Below are positions 63,223 through 64,000 of a DNA stretch of 64,000 nucleotides, piece by piece. This DNA is from Octopus sinensis. Its lineage: Eukaryota. A program made the position numbers and the translations under genes. The notes under the pieces are model-generated. The model did no database searches. It saw nothing but the letters and a program-made list of their open reading frames with translations, and was not told the origin of the DNA. The first letter of the stretch is position 1. Each line of letters opens with the position of its first letter. The stretch is taken from contig NC_043004.1 in NCBI RefSeq assembly GCF_006345805.1, positions 29,884,001 through 29,948,000 of the forward strand, given 5' to 3'.

Positions 63223-63718
63223 AGAGAACAAACATCAAATTCGAGTCAACAACTTTATATATAACACCACACCTCCAAACATTTGATCATATATAAATAT
63301 ATAAATATTACCGAGATGCACTGAAATGGCCATAGATGTGTTTGACTTGATTTTGTGGAAATTTTTTGCTCCTGGACTTCAACCTACCATGGTTTTTATG
63401 ATATGAACTTTTCTGACATACTTTTTTGTTTGAGGGGAGTAAGAAAAAATTTTTTTTCGTTGATTGATATTTTATTTTATTTAGATTTTTAGTCACATGA
63501 CACACTTTAGAATTGTTAGTCAATTGTATATACCTTCTTGATAGGCTGGTCTGTATATCTGTATTTTTATTTGCATATATATTTTTTACCTTCTGTGTTT
63601 TTTTATATATGTATACTTTATATTTTTAAGGGCCATGGTAATATTTATATAAGATCAAATGTTTGGAGGCGTGGTGTAATATATAAAGTTGTTGACTTGA
63701 ATTTGATGTTTGTTCTCT
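63223..63718. repeat. ~85-bp inverted repeats around a ~325-bp spacer, between (TA)n tracts
   Basis: AGAGAACAAACATCAAATTC.AGTCAACAACTTTATATAT.ACACCAC.CCTCCAAACATTTGATC mirrored at 63637-63718. Confidence 0.92.
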
Positions 63719-63830
63719 GATCAATGTTTTTTTTTTATCTCTGTCTCAATTACATTTGAGTACTTATTTTTTGCAGTCTTATAATCCTTTTCATCACCAC
63801 AAAAAGAGGCAAAAATTATTTCTTGTCATG

Positions 63831-63954
<124 letters not shown>

Positions 63955-64000
63955 ATATTTATGTATGTATATATATATTTTTTTCCATCTAGTTTCAGCT

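Overview
Very AT-rich eukaryotic genomic DNA with no confidently intact host gene. The (TA)n/(TG)n/(TACA)n/(TAGA)n microsatellite load and the tRNA-derived SINE families are typical of an Octopus (cephalopod) genome; this is inference from repeat content. Almost all long ORFs in the track are microsatellite artefacts. Recognisable coding relics belong to transposons: RTE, R4/Dong-type RLE, CRE, Jockey/CR1-type LINEs, mariner, two DD37D/maT-like elements and piggyBac. MITEs and non-autonomous Helitrons are also present. The most striking signal not visible in the ORF track is about ten different type I hammerhead-ribozyme (HHR) motifs, from apparently intact to decayed. Most lie in short non-coding elements embedded in (TA)n tracts, often within long fold-back palindromes whose inversion point falls in or beside the ribozyme. 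Core positions 3-8 covary (C-G, G-C, U-A). This suggests a diverse population of microsatellite-targeting Penelope-like/retrozyme-type elements. All alignments and folds were done by eye, and boundaries of old repeats are approximate.
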